From: Bacillota bacterium
GTDB taxonomy: Bacteria > Bacillota > Clostridia > UBA1381 > UMGS1253
Length of the DNA stretch: 64,000 nucleotides
NCBI GenBank assembly: GCA_022706785.1
Contig: JAKJBW010000007.1
Span: forward strand, 25,599 to 89,598
Direction of reading: 5' to 3'
The position numbers and the translations under genes are program-made. Under the pieces are notes generated by a model. The model searched no databases. It was not told the origin of the DNA and worked only from the letters and a program-made list of their open reading frames with translations. This document shows, piece by piece, positions 55,620 through 64,000 of this stretch (within the stretch, counting starts at the first letter, position 1; the number at the start of each line of letters is the position of its first letter).

Positions 55620-55860
55620 CCACGCAAAAAAGCTTCCATCGGAAGCTTTTTTCGCGCCCCTTCCTGCGCTTTGGGGCGCTTAAAACCTTAAGACTCTAAG
55701 ACTCTAAGACCTTGGGGCGCCGCCCCAAACCCCGCAAGCTTTTGAAAAAGCTTGACCAAAACTTTTGGCCTTTTGCTTTGCAAAAGGATTCGGGCGCAAG
55801 GGCGAAGCCGCCGCAAGACTACCCGCGCAGGTGCTAGCGGGAGCGTACCGCTTTTATACT
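55620..55860. repeat. Block B of palindromic repeat units (inverted copy of block A core)
   Basis: The reverse complement of 55712-55855 aligns with 54474-54616 over about 140 nt at roughly 80 percent identity by eye. Also contains taagactc x2.9 (55689-55711) and several perfect hairpins. Confidence 0.8.
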
Positions 55861-56134
55861 ATTTGGATAAGGCGGACCGGTAGGCTTCATGGAACGCTTT
55901 GAGGATTGTCATGGTCATTTTATCCTTGTCGGTAACGCCTTCCTTGACAAACGCCCTGTACAAAGTATTTCGGGGACGCAGCACCTTTAGCCGTATCATC
56001 GTCCCTAATCCCAGGTTGTATTTGTTCAGCTTGTCCGCCGGTGTACACAAGAATTCCAGCAGACGGGACGGGGTAAAAAGCGCTTCTATCAACAGAAATG
56101 ACTTCTTTATGGTTTTGCTTAGCTTTTTGTTCAT
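55859..56134 (-). CDS. Hypothetical protein (91 aa), divergent from the XRE regulator
   Basis: Start at ATG 56134 (GAGGTG SD 9 nt upstream). No motif recognised. Confidence 0.45.
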   Translation of the reverse strand: MNKKLSKTIKKSFLLIEALFTPSRLLEFLCTPADKLNKYNLGLGTMIRLKVLRPRNTLYRAFVKEGVTDKDKMTMTILKAFHEAYRSALSK

Positions 56135-56156
56135 ATTACGTCCCACCTCAAATTCA

Positions 56157-56210
56157 TTTTAGCGAATATATCGCTAAAAGTCAATAGCGAATTATTCGCT
56201 AAAGTATAAT
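56157..56210. promoter_or_regulatory. Two palindromic operators sharing a TAGCGAA half-site, overlapping a TATAAT box
   Basis: ttttagcga-atata-tcgctaaaa (56157-56179), tagcgaat-t-attcgcta (56185-56201), TATAAT at 56205-56210. Confidence 0.5.
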
Positions 56211-56229
56211 GGAACCGAGGTGATGGGCG

Positions 56230-56457
56230 ATGTATCAGAATATACGCAGCCTGCGTGAGGACAATGACTGGACGCAGAAGCGGGTGGCAGATTATTTGCA
56301 TTGCAGCCAGCGGGTCTACAGCAACTATGAGCGCGGTGATGTGGATATTCCCACAGCTGCTTTGATTAAGCTTGCCGATTTGCATGAAACAAGCACGGAT
56401 TATTTATTAGGCAGAACAAAGATTAAAACGGCTTATCCCAAAACTGAGTCGGTGTGA
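56230..56457 (+). CDS. XRE-family HTH transcriptional regulator
   Basis: 75 aa. IRSLREDNDWTQKRVADYLHCSQRVYSNYERG. GAGGTG SD. Confidence 0.8.
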   Translation: MYQNIRSLREDNDWTQKRVADYLHCSQRVYSNYERGDVDIPTAALIKLADLHETSTDYLLGRTKIKTAYPKTESV

Positions 56458-56867
56458 TTGAGCAGACGGCGGCCTTTTTTGGCATGTTTTTTTATTGACG
56501 TTTTGACACAGGCGCCTTGGCGCGTTTTTTTGAAGGCCGGGTATTTTATATGAAGAAGGATAAAACCCGCACCACTGTCTTAGTGCGGGTTTTTTGATAT
56601 TGTATTTGACCGTTTGATATGCTATAATAACTTTGTTGCCTGTCCGTGCATATGGCAGCGGCTTATACTATTTAACACGACAATCAAGCTGATTTTTGAT
56701 CTGGTCGCTTTTAAATCGCTTGTATCTGTTTCATCGGTGCCAGACATAAGTTTCCCGACAAAATCGAAGGCTAATGCGTTCGATTTATTTATTGCATTGA
56801 AAACACGGATATGGCATATGGAACCCAGGCAGGGTCAGTATGCCATTGGCCGGCAATATAGGAAAGG

Positions 56868-57326
56868 TTGATATTTGTGGCGGGGATGACGGGGTCAGAG
56901 GAGAAGTATGGCAGGGCTGTTGAATTTATAAAGGAATTCATGAGATACGTATTGGTAGGGGGTACTGCCTTTATTGTTGACACGGGGGTTTTATTTCTGT
57001 TCAAAACGTTTGTTTTCGGCAGCATGGGTGCCATGGGGATATTAATTGCTACCGCTTTTGGATTCATAGCCGGGCTTATTTACAATTATATTTTATCAAT
57101 CATGTTTGTTTTTAAAAAAGCCGACGGCAAAGTAAAAGGCAGACAGATGCAAGCGTTCATTATTTTTGCGATAATAGGCATTATCGGTTTGGGATTGACT
57201 GAAGGCGGCATGTATTTAGGCGTTATTGTTTTTGGGACAGCATATTATCTTGTCATTAAGATTTTTGTGGCGGCTGTAGTTTTAATCTGGAATTATCTTG
57301 CCAGAAAGCTATTGATTTTTAAATAA
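56868..57326 (+). CDS. GtrA-family membrane protein
   Basis: [22 protein letters not shown] ... four TM segments ... [11 protein letters not shown]. Start uncertain (TTG 56868, GTG 56877 or ATG 56886). Confidence 0.75.
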   Translation: MIFVAGMTGSEEKYGRAVEFIKEFMRYVLVGGTAFIVDTGVLFLFKTFVFGSMGAMGILIATAFGFIAGLIYNYILSIMFVFKKADGKVKGRQMQAFIIFAIIGIIGLGLTEGGMYLGVIVFGTAYYLVIKIFVAAVVLIWNYLARKLLIFK

Positions 57327-57351
57327 TATTTGTAACGTTGGGGGAAGACAA

Positions 57352-58917
57352 ATGCACACAGATGGTTTGCCTAAAAGCGCAATCATTATTGGAGCCGGTC
57401 CTGCGGGGCTGACCGCAGCTTATCAATTATTGAAAGAGACCGGCATAAAGCCTGTTGTATTGGAAGAATCTGAGTTTATTGGCGGGATATCAAGAACGGC
57501 GCAATATAAAGGCAACCGGATGGATATCGGGGGTCACAGATTTTTTTCAAAAAACCAACAGGTAAATGACTTATGGAAAGAGCTTATGCCAATCCAGGGA
57601 GCGCCGTCCCGGGATGATAAAAAATTAGGCATAGAAAAACCCTTGGCGCCGGACGGCCCTGACCCTGAGCAAACAGACAGGGTGATGCTTGTCAGAAATC
57701 GCGTGTCGCGCATATTTTATTTAAGGAAATTTTTTGATTACCCTATATCGATTAAGCCTGCAACCTTTATCAATATGGGTTTGGCCCGTACTATAAAGGC
57801 CGGATTTGGCTTTGTTGCGGCGTCGATTAAGAAAAGAGAAGAAAACTCGCTGGAGGACTTTTATATCAACCGGTTTGGCCGGGCACTTTATGAAACATTT
57901 TTTGAGGACTATACCGAAAAGCTTTGGGGCGTGCACCCTTCAAAAATCTCTTCCACATGGGGCGCGCAAAGGGTGAAAGAGCTTTCTTTGAGTAAGGCAG
58001 TAAAGGAAATGCTTGCCAAAGCATTCAATAAAAATTATAAAAGCAGTCAGACGTCTCTTATCGAGCAGTTTGCTTACCCCAAAAAAGGTCCGGGTCAGCT
58101 TTGGGAAACCATGGCGGACCGTATAACGGACATGGGCGGACAGATCAAACTAAATTCAAAAGTAATTAAAGTGAACGCCGACGGGAATCAAATCGGGGAA
58201 GTCATTGTAAGGCATCCGGACGGGCAGGAGCGATCCATCACAGGGGACTTGTTTTTCTCTACTATGCCAATTAAGGATTTGGTAGAAGCAATGGGGGATA
58301 CCCCGGAGGCTGAGGTGAGAGACATTGCGGCCCATTTGCCATACCGTGATTTTATTACCGTAGGGCTATTACTGAAAAAACTTAAAATAAAAAATAAAAC
58401 AAAGATCAAAACAGTCGGAAATATTGTGCCCGATTGCTGGATCTACATTCAGGAAAGAGACGTGAAAATAGGCAGGCTTCAAATTTTTAATAACTGGTCG
58501 CCATATATGGTGGAAGACAATGAGAACACAGTATGGGTGGGGCTTGAGTATTTTTGCAGTGAAGGCGATCATATGTGGAATATGAGAAGTGAGGATTTTG
58601 TTAAGTTTGCCCTTGATGAGCTTGCCAAGATAGATGTGATAGAAAAAGAAGATGTGCTTGACGCGACGCATATCAGAGTGAAAAAAGCTTATCCCGCCTA
58701 CTTTGGAGCCTACAGCAGGATAGATAAGGTGAAAGAATATCTTAACGGCATTGAAAACCTTTATTGCTTAGGCAGGAACGGTCAGCACAGATACAACAAC
58801 ATGGACCATTCGATGCTTACGGCAATTGAGGCTGTTAATCTTGTGAAGTCGGGCAAAAACGATAAGTCACTGGTATGGAAGGTCAATACAGAAGAAACGT
58901 ACCATGAATCCAAATAG
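57352..58917 (+). CDS. NAD(P)/FAD-dependent oxidoreductase (amine-oxidase / UDP-galactopyranose-mutase-like fold)
   Basis: 521 aa. [16 protein letters not shown] dinucleotide-binding motif and [14 protein letters not shown] near the C-terminus. Confidence 0.7.
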   Translation: MHTDGLPKSAIIIGAGPAGLTAAYQLLKETGIKPVVLEESEFIGGISRTAQYKGNRMDIGGHRFFSKNQQVNDLWKELMPIQGAPSRDDKKLGIEKPLAPDGPDPEQTDRVMLVRNRVSRIFYLRKFFDYPISIKPATFINMGLARTIKAGFGFVAASIKKREENSLEDFYINRFGRALYETFFEDYTEKLWGVHPSKISSTWGAQRVKELSLSKAVKEMLAKAFNKNYKSSQTSLIEQFAYPKKGPGQLWETMADRITDMGGQIKLNSKVIKVNADGNQIGEVIVRHPDGQERSITGDLFFSTMPIKDLVEAMGDTPEAEVRDIAAHLPYRDFITVGLLLKKLKIKNKTKIKTVGNIVPDCWIYIQERDVKIGRLQIFNNWSPYMVEDNENTVWVGLEYFCSEGDHMWNMRSEDFVKFALDELAKIDVIEKEDVLDATHIRVKKAYPAYFGAYSRIDKVKEYLNGIENLYCLGRNGQHRYNNMDHSMLTAIEAVNLVKSGKNDKSLVWKVNTEETYHESK

Positions 58918-58955
58918 AGACAAGGTACGTTTCTTTATATTGTCGGGCAGTTTTT

Positions 58956-60689
58956 TTATCTCGTAATAAATTGCGGTTTAGGAATTTTATAAATACACAT
59001 ATTCCCTTTTTGGTTGTACAGAAAAGCATTATTGGCAAACTGCTGCAGCCAGCCCGGAATATTGTTCTTGTCGGCGATAAAAATAGTAACCGTGGCGCTG
59101 CTTGGCAAAGGCGCCATTGTACCGCTGATGTCGGCTAAGCTTGCGACCTGCCGTACCTGCTTTAAAGACCAGCATAGCTTTGAATGCTGCTCCGACGCAA
59201 CGGAAAAATCCGGCGAGAAGACAACATCGAAATAGCCGGTATTATCCCGTACAAAGGTTCCGTACGTTTCAACCTCTGGTGTGCTGGGGGGATACATAGC
59301 TTTGTATGTCGGCGTGACAGAATGTATATATGTTGAGGCCGAGTACACGACAGCCACTGTGATTGCGTATGCCACAACAGCATTCAATATGGTTTTATTG
59401 CCTAATTTTGATATATCTCTCAAAATGGCATAGAGTGTGACAGGCAGTATGATCCAGCCTGTTGAAAGTATAAATGAAAGCTTAGCTATTGAGAAATCAT
59501 GGATAGCCGAATGGTTTTTAAAGGCGTAAAGCTGCATAAAGCATGGAAATACGATCAGCATTAAAAAGTTTGAAATAATCATTAGGTTTTCAATCGTATG
59601 GGATCTATCAGTATTTTTTGCGGAGGCCATTGTTTCTTCCGCCTCATTTTTTTCGTCTCGTTTTTTCCTAAATCTGCGGATCAAGAGAACCGCCAAAAAG
59701 CATAGGAAAAGTCCTGCCGCCAAGTAGAATGTACCCCATATGATCACATTTGCCCAAGGCCCGTATCCCGCTTTCATATACCTGTCCCAAACCATAGTGT
59801 CGAACCAGTTTATCCATCCGCTTTTGTCATCAATCCCTGTTCTCTCTAAAAACACTTTCATAAAGCGGTCAGAACTATTTGTTAAAAGCTGTGCTGCGTA
59901 AAACGCAACTGCGGCAAAAGCCGGAAAAGCCAAATCAAAAGTATTGCAGACAAAAGCCTTAAACGTCTTCCCCAGCTGGCCGTTAATAAGCCTTTTTATA
60001 AACAGCACAACGCATATAAACGCAAACAGCCAATCGGTCAATACACCGAAAAAGATAATGCTCCACTGCAGTATGTCAAATGTTCGTTTAAATTTCGACG
60101 GGTATACCAAATCGCGCGCCGCCTCTAAAAAAATTAAAGCTGCGAACGGGAGCAAAACCGCCTGATCCGAAAAAAATACGTTTTGCAGATAATACATGGT
60201 TTCGGGCATGAAAAGGATAATGGCTGAGGTGACAAATGCCGATAAGATTGAACCGATATAAGCAAAGCGTATGCGTCTAAGCGTCAAAAACAGTGCGCAG
60301 GCCAATAAAAACGAAATCCAAAAGTGGGAAAACAGATTATATCCCATGACCATGGCGGGACTGGGGGGCGTGTGGGCGATAACGCTTATCAGATAAATCG
60401 GTATGATTGTTCCGGGCGGATAGGTATCATAGACAAATCTTTTGTCGGGAGTCGGAGAGTCAACGGACTTTCCCAAATAATACATTTTAAAACCGAGGCT
60501 GAGTGGATTTTCGTTGTACCAATGCGTGGCAAATAAGATTGTACTTCCCGTAAGGTGGTTGTGGTGCTCTAGGTTCAGTTTGCCAAACTGATTACTCCTG
60601 ATTTTAGCCGATACACAAAACATTGAAAACGTGGCAATAAAAATAATAATAAGTCCAAAAATAACAGGGCGCCTAATAACTTTGCGCAT
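58956..60689 (-). CDS. Large polytopic membrane protein, possibly a GT-C-type glycosyltransferase
   Basis: 577 aa with more than 10 hydrophobic segments. Neighbours gtrA and the FAD oxidoreductase. No catalytic motif confidently identified. Confidence 0.45.
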   Translation of the reverse strand: MRKVIRRPVIFGLIIIFIATFSMFCVSAKIRSNQFGKLNLEHHNHLTGSTILFATHWYNENPLSLGFKMYYLGKSVDSPTPDKRFVYDTYPPGTIIPIYLISVIAHTPPSPAMVMGYNLFSHFWISFLLACALFLTLRRIRFAYIGSILSAFVTSAIILFMPETMYYLQNVFFSDQAVLLPFAALIFLEAARDLVYPSKFKRTFDILQWSIIFFGVLTDWLFAFICVVLFIKRLINGQLGKTFKAFVCNTFDLAFPAFAAVAFYAAQLLTNSSDRFMKVFLERTGIDDKSGWINWFDTMVWDRYMKAGYGPWANVIIWGTFYLAAGLFLCFLAVLLIRRFRKKRDEKNEAEETMASAKNTDRSHTIENLMIISNFLMLIVFPCFMQLYAFKNHSAIHDFSIAKLSFILSTGWIILPVTLYAILRDISKLGNKTILNAVVAYAITVAVVYSASTYIHSVTPTYKAMYPPSTPEVETYGTFVRDNTGYFDVVFSPDFSVASEQHSKLCWSLKQVRQVASLADISGTMAPLPSSATVTIFIADKNNIPGWLQQFANNAFLYNQKGNMCIYKIPKPQFITR

Positions 60690-60731
60690 AGTTTCCGACT
60701 CCTTAAATAAAATAATCCTATCACATTACAG

Positions 60732-60950
60732 ATGATATAATAAATGCAACTAAAGGGATAAACCCTATCGGGTTTATTTCATATGCATTTATTGTATCGG
60801 TGTGTAACAAGCCGACTACGGCTTGTATTTATGATATAATAAACGCAATCATGGATATAAAACCTTTCGGTTTTATTCTTTATGCATTTATTGTATCGGT
60901 GTGTAGTAAGCCGACTGCGGCTTACAATTATGATATAATAAACAATTATC
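60732..60950. repeat. 99-bp tandem direct repeat, 2.2 copies
   Basis: atgatataataaa begins at 60732, 60831 and 60930. Each unit holds the hairpins ataaaccc/gggtttat (or variant) and acaagccg/cggcttgt (or variant). Confidence 0.85.
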
Positions 60951-61223
60951 CTTGTCAAGGCGTTTCCGGCCAAAGCCTTGATAGCAGCCGAAATTATGCC
61001 TGTCAAGCTAAAAATTTCGCAAAACCCTTTTCATTACCCAAAAAGCTTGGTATAATATTTCAATCGTGCTAATAGGATAATGGGGGCGTGACGGCAATCG
61101 TGCGGTATACCGGCCCCGGCTTCTCTTGGCGATTTTGCGGATATGTATTCAGGCGAACGTGATGCAACCGTTTGCCTGCTTTCGGCTAAGCTCAACTATC
61201 ACAATAAACGGGGATGTGAATAT

Positions 61224-62858
61224 ATGGCCAGGGATCTGACCGGAAACGCAATCAAAAAGCAGACGTTTGTACAGGGCGCGGCAATCATCGCCGCCGCCCA
61301 TATCATGATAAAATTTATCGGAGCGGCATATAAAATACCGCTTGACGGCTTGATTTTGAAAACGGAAGGCATGGGCATTTACGGCGCCGCCTACACTATC
61401 TACAACTGGATGTTTATGATTTCCACCGCCGGTCTGCCGGTCGCGGTGTCCAAGATGGTAGCGGAGAGTGCAGCACTTAGAAACTATGCGGACGCTAAAA
61501 AAATATTTTCAATCTCCCGCGGACTGATGTTTATTATAGGCTTATGCGGAAGTGCGGTGCTGTTTTTCGGCGCTTCTATGTTTGCCGAAGCGTTAGCAGC
61601 GCCATCGGCTAAATACACCATCATGACCATGGCGCCCAGCCTGTTTTTTGTAGCGATGATGTCGTCCTACCGCGGCTTTTTTCAGGGGCTCAGCAATATG
61701 ACGCCCACCGCCATATCTGAGGTAATTGAAGCTTTAGGTAAGCTTGTTGTGGGCATAACGTTGGCGCTTGCCTTTATCGGATACGGTGTGCAATGGGGCG
61801 CGGCGGGCGCAATTGGTGGGGTCACTATAGGCACTGTATTGGGTCTTATTGCGCTGTTGGTTTATTCCGCGTTTGCCAGAAGAAAGCTTCCCGAATTCAG
61901 CCGCGCTGCGCTGAGCAAAGGCAAAAGCTGCGCGGTAGTGCGGACGGGCAGGCAGATTCTAAAGCAGCTTGTCTATATCGCTATCCCCATCACCCTGGGG
62001 GTATCGGTATTCACGCTGACATCGCTTATCGACACGGCAATGGTCATGAACCTGCTTAAAGGGCTGGGGCATGTTGAAGCCGAACGCCTGAGCATGTACG
62101 GTTATCTGTTGCGGGCTATCACCATGTTTAACATGCCGCCTACCATTATCTCCGCTATTGCTATCAGTGTGGTCCCGGCTATAGCATCAGCGCTTGCGTT
62201 GGGCAACAAATGGCTTGCATCCGAAACCGCCAAATCCGCCCTGCGTATTACCATCCTGATCTCGGTGCCGTGCGCGGTGGGGCTGTGTGTGCTTGCAAGC
62301 CCTATACTGCGCCTGCTGTACCACGACTCCGGCTATTACCAGCTGCTCAATATCATGGGCCTTGCGGTGGCGATGGTTACCATAGTGCAGGTCGGCAACG
62401 CTATCCTGCAGGCAAACGGCAGGGTGTGGACGCCTGTGCTGAACATGCTTGTGGGCGGCTTTGTCAAGATTTTTGTCAACTACACGCTGGTGGGCAATCC
62501 GGCGATCAATATCTATGGCGCGCCGGTGGGCACCTTCCTGTGCTATTTCACGGTAGCGGTGCTCAACCTGATCGCCATCAAGCGCATCACAGGCATCAAG
62601 TACGAGGCGGCAGACTTTCTCATACGCCCGCTGGCAAGCGGTATCGTCATGGGCGTGGCAACCGACCTGACCTATAAATTTGTCAATAACGCTTTGGGAA
62701 ATTATATCATAGCCATGGGCGCGGCGATGGTTGCGGCGGCGGGGATATATTTTGCCATGCTGTTTTTGGTGCGTGCGGTGAAAAAGGAGGATGTGCTGCT
62801 GCTGCCCAAGGGGAAGTACATTTACGCCATGCTGCAAAGGGCGCGTTTGATGAAATAG
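61224..62858 (+). CDS. MOP-superfamily flippase (SpoVB / MurJ-like polysaccharide biosynthesis protein)
   Basis: Start at ATG 61224. About 14 TM segments. Position upstream of mazG-hup matches the Firmicute spoVB context. Confidence 0.75.
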   Translation: MARDLTGNAIKKQTFVQGAAIIAAAHIMIKFIGAAYKIPLDGLILKTEGMGIYGAAYTIYNWMFMISTAGLPVAVSKMVAESAALRNYADAKKIFSISRGLMFIIGLCGSAVLFFGASMFAEALAAPSAKYTIMTMAPSLFFVAMMSSYRGFFQGLSNMTPTAISEVIEALGKLVVGITLALAFIGYGVQWGAAGAIGGVTIGTVLGLIALLVYSAFARRKLPEFSRAALSKGKSCAVVRTGRQILKQLVYIAIPITLGVSVFTLTSLIDTAMVMNLLKGLGHVEAERLSMYGYLLRAITMFNMPPTIISAIAISVVPAIASALALGNKWLASETAKSALRITILISVPCAVGLCVLASPILRLLYHDSGYYQLLNIMGLAVAMVTIVQVGNAILQANGRVWTPVLNMLVGGFVKIFVNYTLVGNPAINIYGAPVGTFLCYFTVAVLNLIAIKRITGIKYEAADFLIRPLASGIVMGVATDLTYKFVNNALGNYIIAMGAAMVAAAGIYFAMLFLVRAVKKEDVLLLPKGKYIYAMLQRARLMK

Positions 62859-62945
62859 GGTATATTGGCAATAATTATAGAAGACTCATGCCGAAACATC
62901 GTCCGACAGCGGACAGGCACCAGACGGAAAGGCGGGCGGAGAGCT

Positions 62946-63746
62946 ATGCAGAAGAAAAAGTATACCATTGATGATCTTTTAGGCATTCTTGCGACATTAA
63001 GAGGCGAGAACGGCTGCCCGTGGGACCGGGTACAGACGCACGACTCCATCAAGAAATGTATGATAGAGGAGAGCTACGAGGTCATTGAAGCGCTTGAGGC
63101 GGGCGACGATAAACTGTTTGCCAACGAGCTGGGCGATCTGCTTTTGCAGGTGGCGTTCCATGCGCAGCTGGCATCCGAGCGCGGCGCGTTCTGTTTTGAC
63201 GATGTTGTGGGGGAGATATGCCAAAAGCTGATCGACAGGCATACGCATGTGTTCGGGGCGGATACGGCCTCCGATCAGACGGACGCACTGGCGACATGGG
63301 AGAAAAACAAGAAGAAGGAAAAGGGGCTGGCCACGCAGGCCGAGATCATGCGCGATATCCCGCACGCGCTGCCTGCGCTTATCCGGGCTGAAAAGGTGGG
63401 CAAGAAGGCGGCGGACGTCGGGTTTGACTGGCCGCAGGTGTCGGGCGCCCTTGAGCGGGTGAGGGAGGAAACAGACGAGCTTGCCGCGGCAATCGCCAGT
63501 CAGGACGGGCAAAATATCGCCGAAGAAATAGGGGACATGCTCTTTTCCGTGGTGAATGTGGCGCGGTTTGCGCAGGTCAACGCCGAAGAGGCGCTAAGGC
63601 ATGCGACAGATAAGTTTATCGCCCGTTTCGGCATTGTAGAGCAACTTGCACAACAATCGGGGGAAAATTTGTCCAAAATGACGTTGGATGAGCTGGAAAC
63701 CCTGTGGCAGCAGGCAAAATTACAAAAAAAAGCGGAAAAACTTTAA
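62946..63746 (+). CDS. mazG: Nucleoside triphosphate pyrophosphohydrolase MazG
   Basis: Start at ATG 62946. CPWDRVQTHDSIKKCMIEESYEVIEA, ELGDLLLQV, second MazG repeat EEIGDMLFSVVNVARF. Confidence 0.85.
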   Translation: MQKKKYTIDDLLGILATLRGENGCPWDRVQTHDSIKKCMIEESYEVIEALEAGDDKLFANELGDLLLQVAFHAQLASERGAFCFDDVVGEICQKLIDRHTHVFGADTASDQTDALATWEKNKKKEKGLATQAEIMRDIPHALPALIRAEKVGKKAADVGFDWPQVSGALERVREETDELAAAIASQDGQNIAEEIGDMLFSVVNVARFAQVNAEEALRHATDKFIARFGIVEQLAQQSGENLSKMTLDELETLWQQAKLQKKAEKL

Positions 63747-63818
63747 AAAAAAAGAGGATTTGTTTAAATTTTAGAGAATAATTATTTCATCATCATTAAA
63801 TTAGGAGGTCATATATTC

Positions 63819-64000
63819 ATGAACAAAGCTGAATTAATAGCAAACGTAGCTGGTAGTGCCGGTATTTCCAAGAAGGATGCGGAAAAGTCAATCAATGCGC
63901 TGATCGAAAACATCACAAGCGCGCTGAAAAAGGGTGACAAGGTTCAATTGGTAGGCTTCGGCACTTTTGAGGTAAGAGCAAGAGCCGCAAGAAAGGGCAG
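63819..64000 (+). CDS. hup: DNA-binding protein HU (3-prime end beyond the window)
   Basis: AGGAGG SD. MNKAELIANVAGSAGISKKDAEKSINALIENITSALKKGDKVQLVGFGTFEVRARAARKG. Confidence 0.85.
   Translation, partial: MNKAELIANVAGSAGISKKDAEKSINALIENITSALKKGDKVQLVGFGTFEVRARAARKG

Noticed and set aside
55689-55711. Possible CRISPR-like or microsatellite array (taagactc x2.9); the 99-bp repeats at 60732-60950 were also considered.
   Set aside because: There is no repeat-spacer periodicity and no cas genes. The units are contiguous tandem repeats, not CRISPR.
62187-62837. Long antisense or out-of-frame ORFs in the track that overlap well-supported genes. Examples: 62187-62837 and 62210-62677 in the spoVB-like gene, 12695-13402 across metY/mnmA, 10574-11056, 53581-54060 in mutY, 62997-63512 in mazG, and 15854-16735 in the phosphatase gene.
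   Set aside because: They lack SD sequences, have Arg/Pro/Gly-rich low-complexity translations typical of shadow frames in GC-rich coding DNA, and overlap genes with clear family motifs.

Overview
This 64-kb window looks like chromosome from a spore-forming, Clostridia-class Firmicute. That is an inference from gene content: phoH-ybeY-dgkA-era-yqzL-recO, spoVB-mazG-hup, nfnAB-gdhA and many GT4/GT2 genes. No database search was possible.

Layout:
1. 1-10.1 kb: surface-polysaccharide locus with rfbB, three GT4, one GT2, a priming polyprenyl-phosphate sugar transferase, and an unusual ATP-grasp-like / methyltransferase / WbqC trio.
2. 10.3-24.8 kb: housekeeping genes (ridA, tcdA, O-acetylhomoserine sulfhydrylase, mnmA, tRNA-Leu, alkaline phosphatase, galE, phoH, ybeY, dgkA, era, yqzL, recO, an ABC substrate-binding protein).
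3. 24.99-25.19 kb: two tRNA-Ser genes, followed by an accessory island of about 12.4 kb (about 25.2-37.6 kb) that is visibly more AT-rich. It carries an orphan HK97 capsid gene, three small sigma-region-4-like regulators, iteron-like repeat units and two tandem large serine recombinases.
4. 38.4-42.1 kb: nfnAB-gdhA.
5. 42.6-50.7 kb: two giant secreted proteases, one gingipain/C25-like and one S8 subtilase with RCC1 repeats.
6. 51.7-53.2 kb: a c-di-GMP-I (GEMM-I) riboswitch controlling an orphan TadE/G-like beta-helix protein.
7. 53.3-56.5 kb: mutY, then a small islet flanked by inverted blocks of palindromic repeat units.
8. 56.9-64 kb: gtrA, an FAD oxidoreductase, a large membrane protein, a 99-bp tandem repeat, spoVB-like, mazG and a partial hup.

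The most interesting region is a compact retron-like cassette at the distal end of the island (34.7-36.9 kb). It consists of a strong promoter, a structured non-coding region closed by a perfect 13-bp a1/a2-like inverted repeat, a 319-aa retron-type reverse transcriptase and a 193-aa TIR-like effector. A 62-aa membrane ORF with a strong Shine-Dalgarno (SD) site lies inside the inverted-repeat bracket. All calls rest on reading the sequence and recognising motifs. Coordinates of RNA elements and start codons are best estimates.
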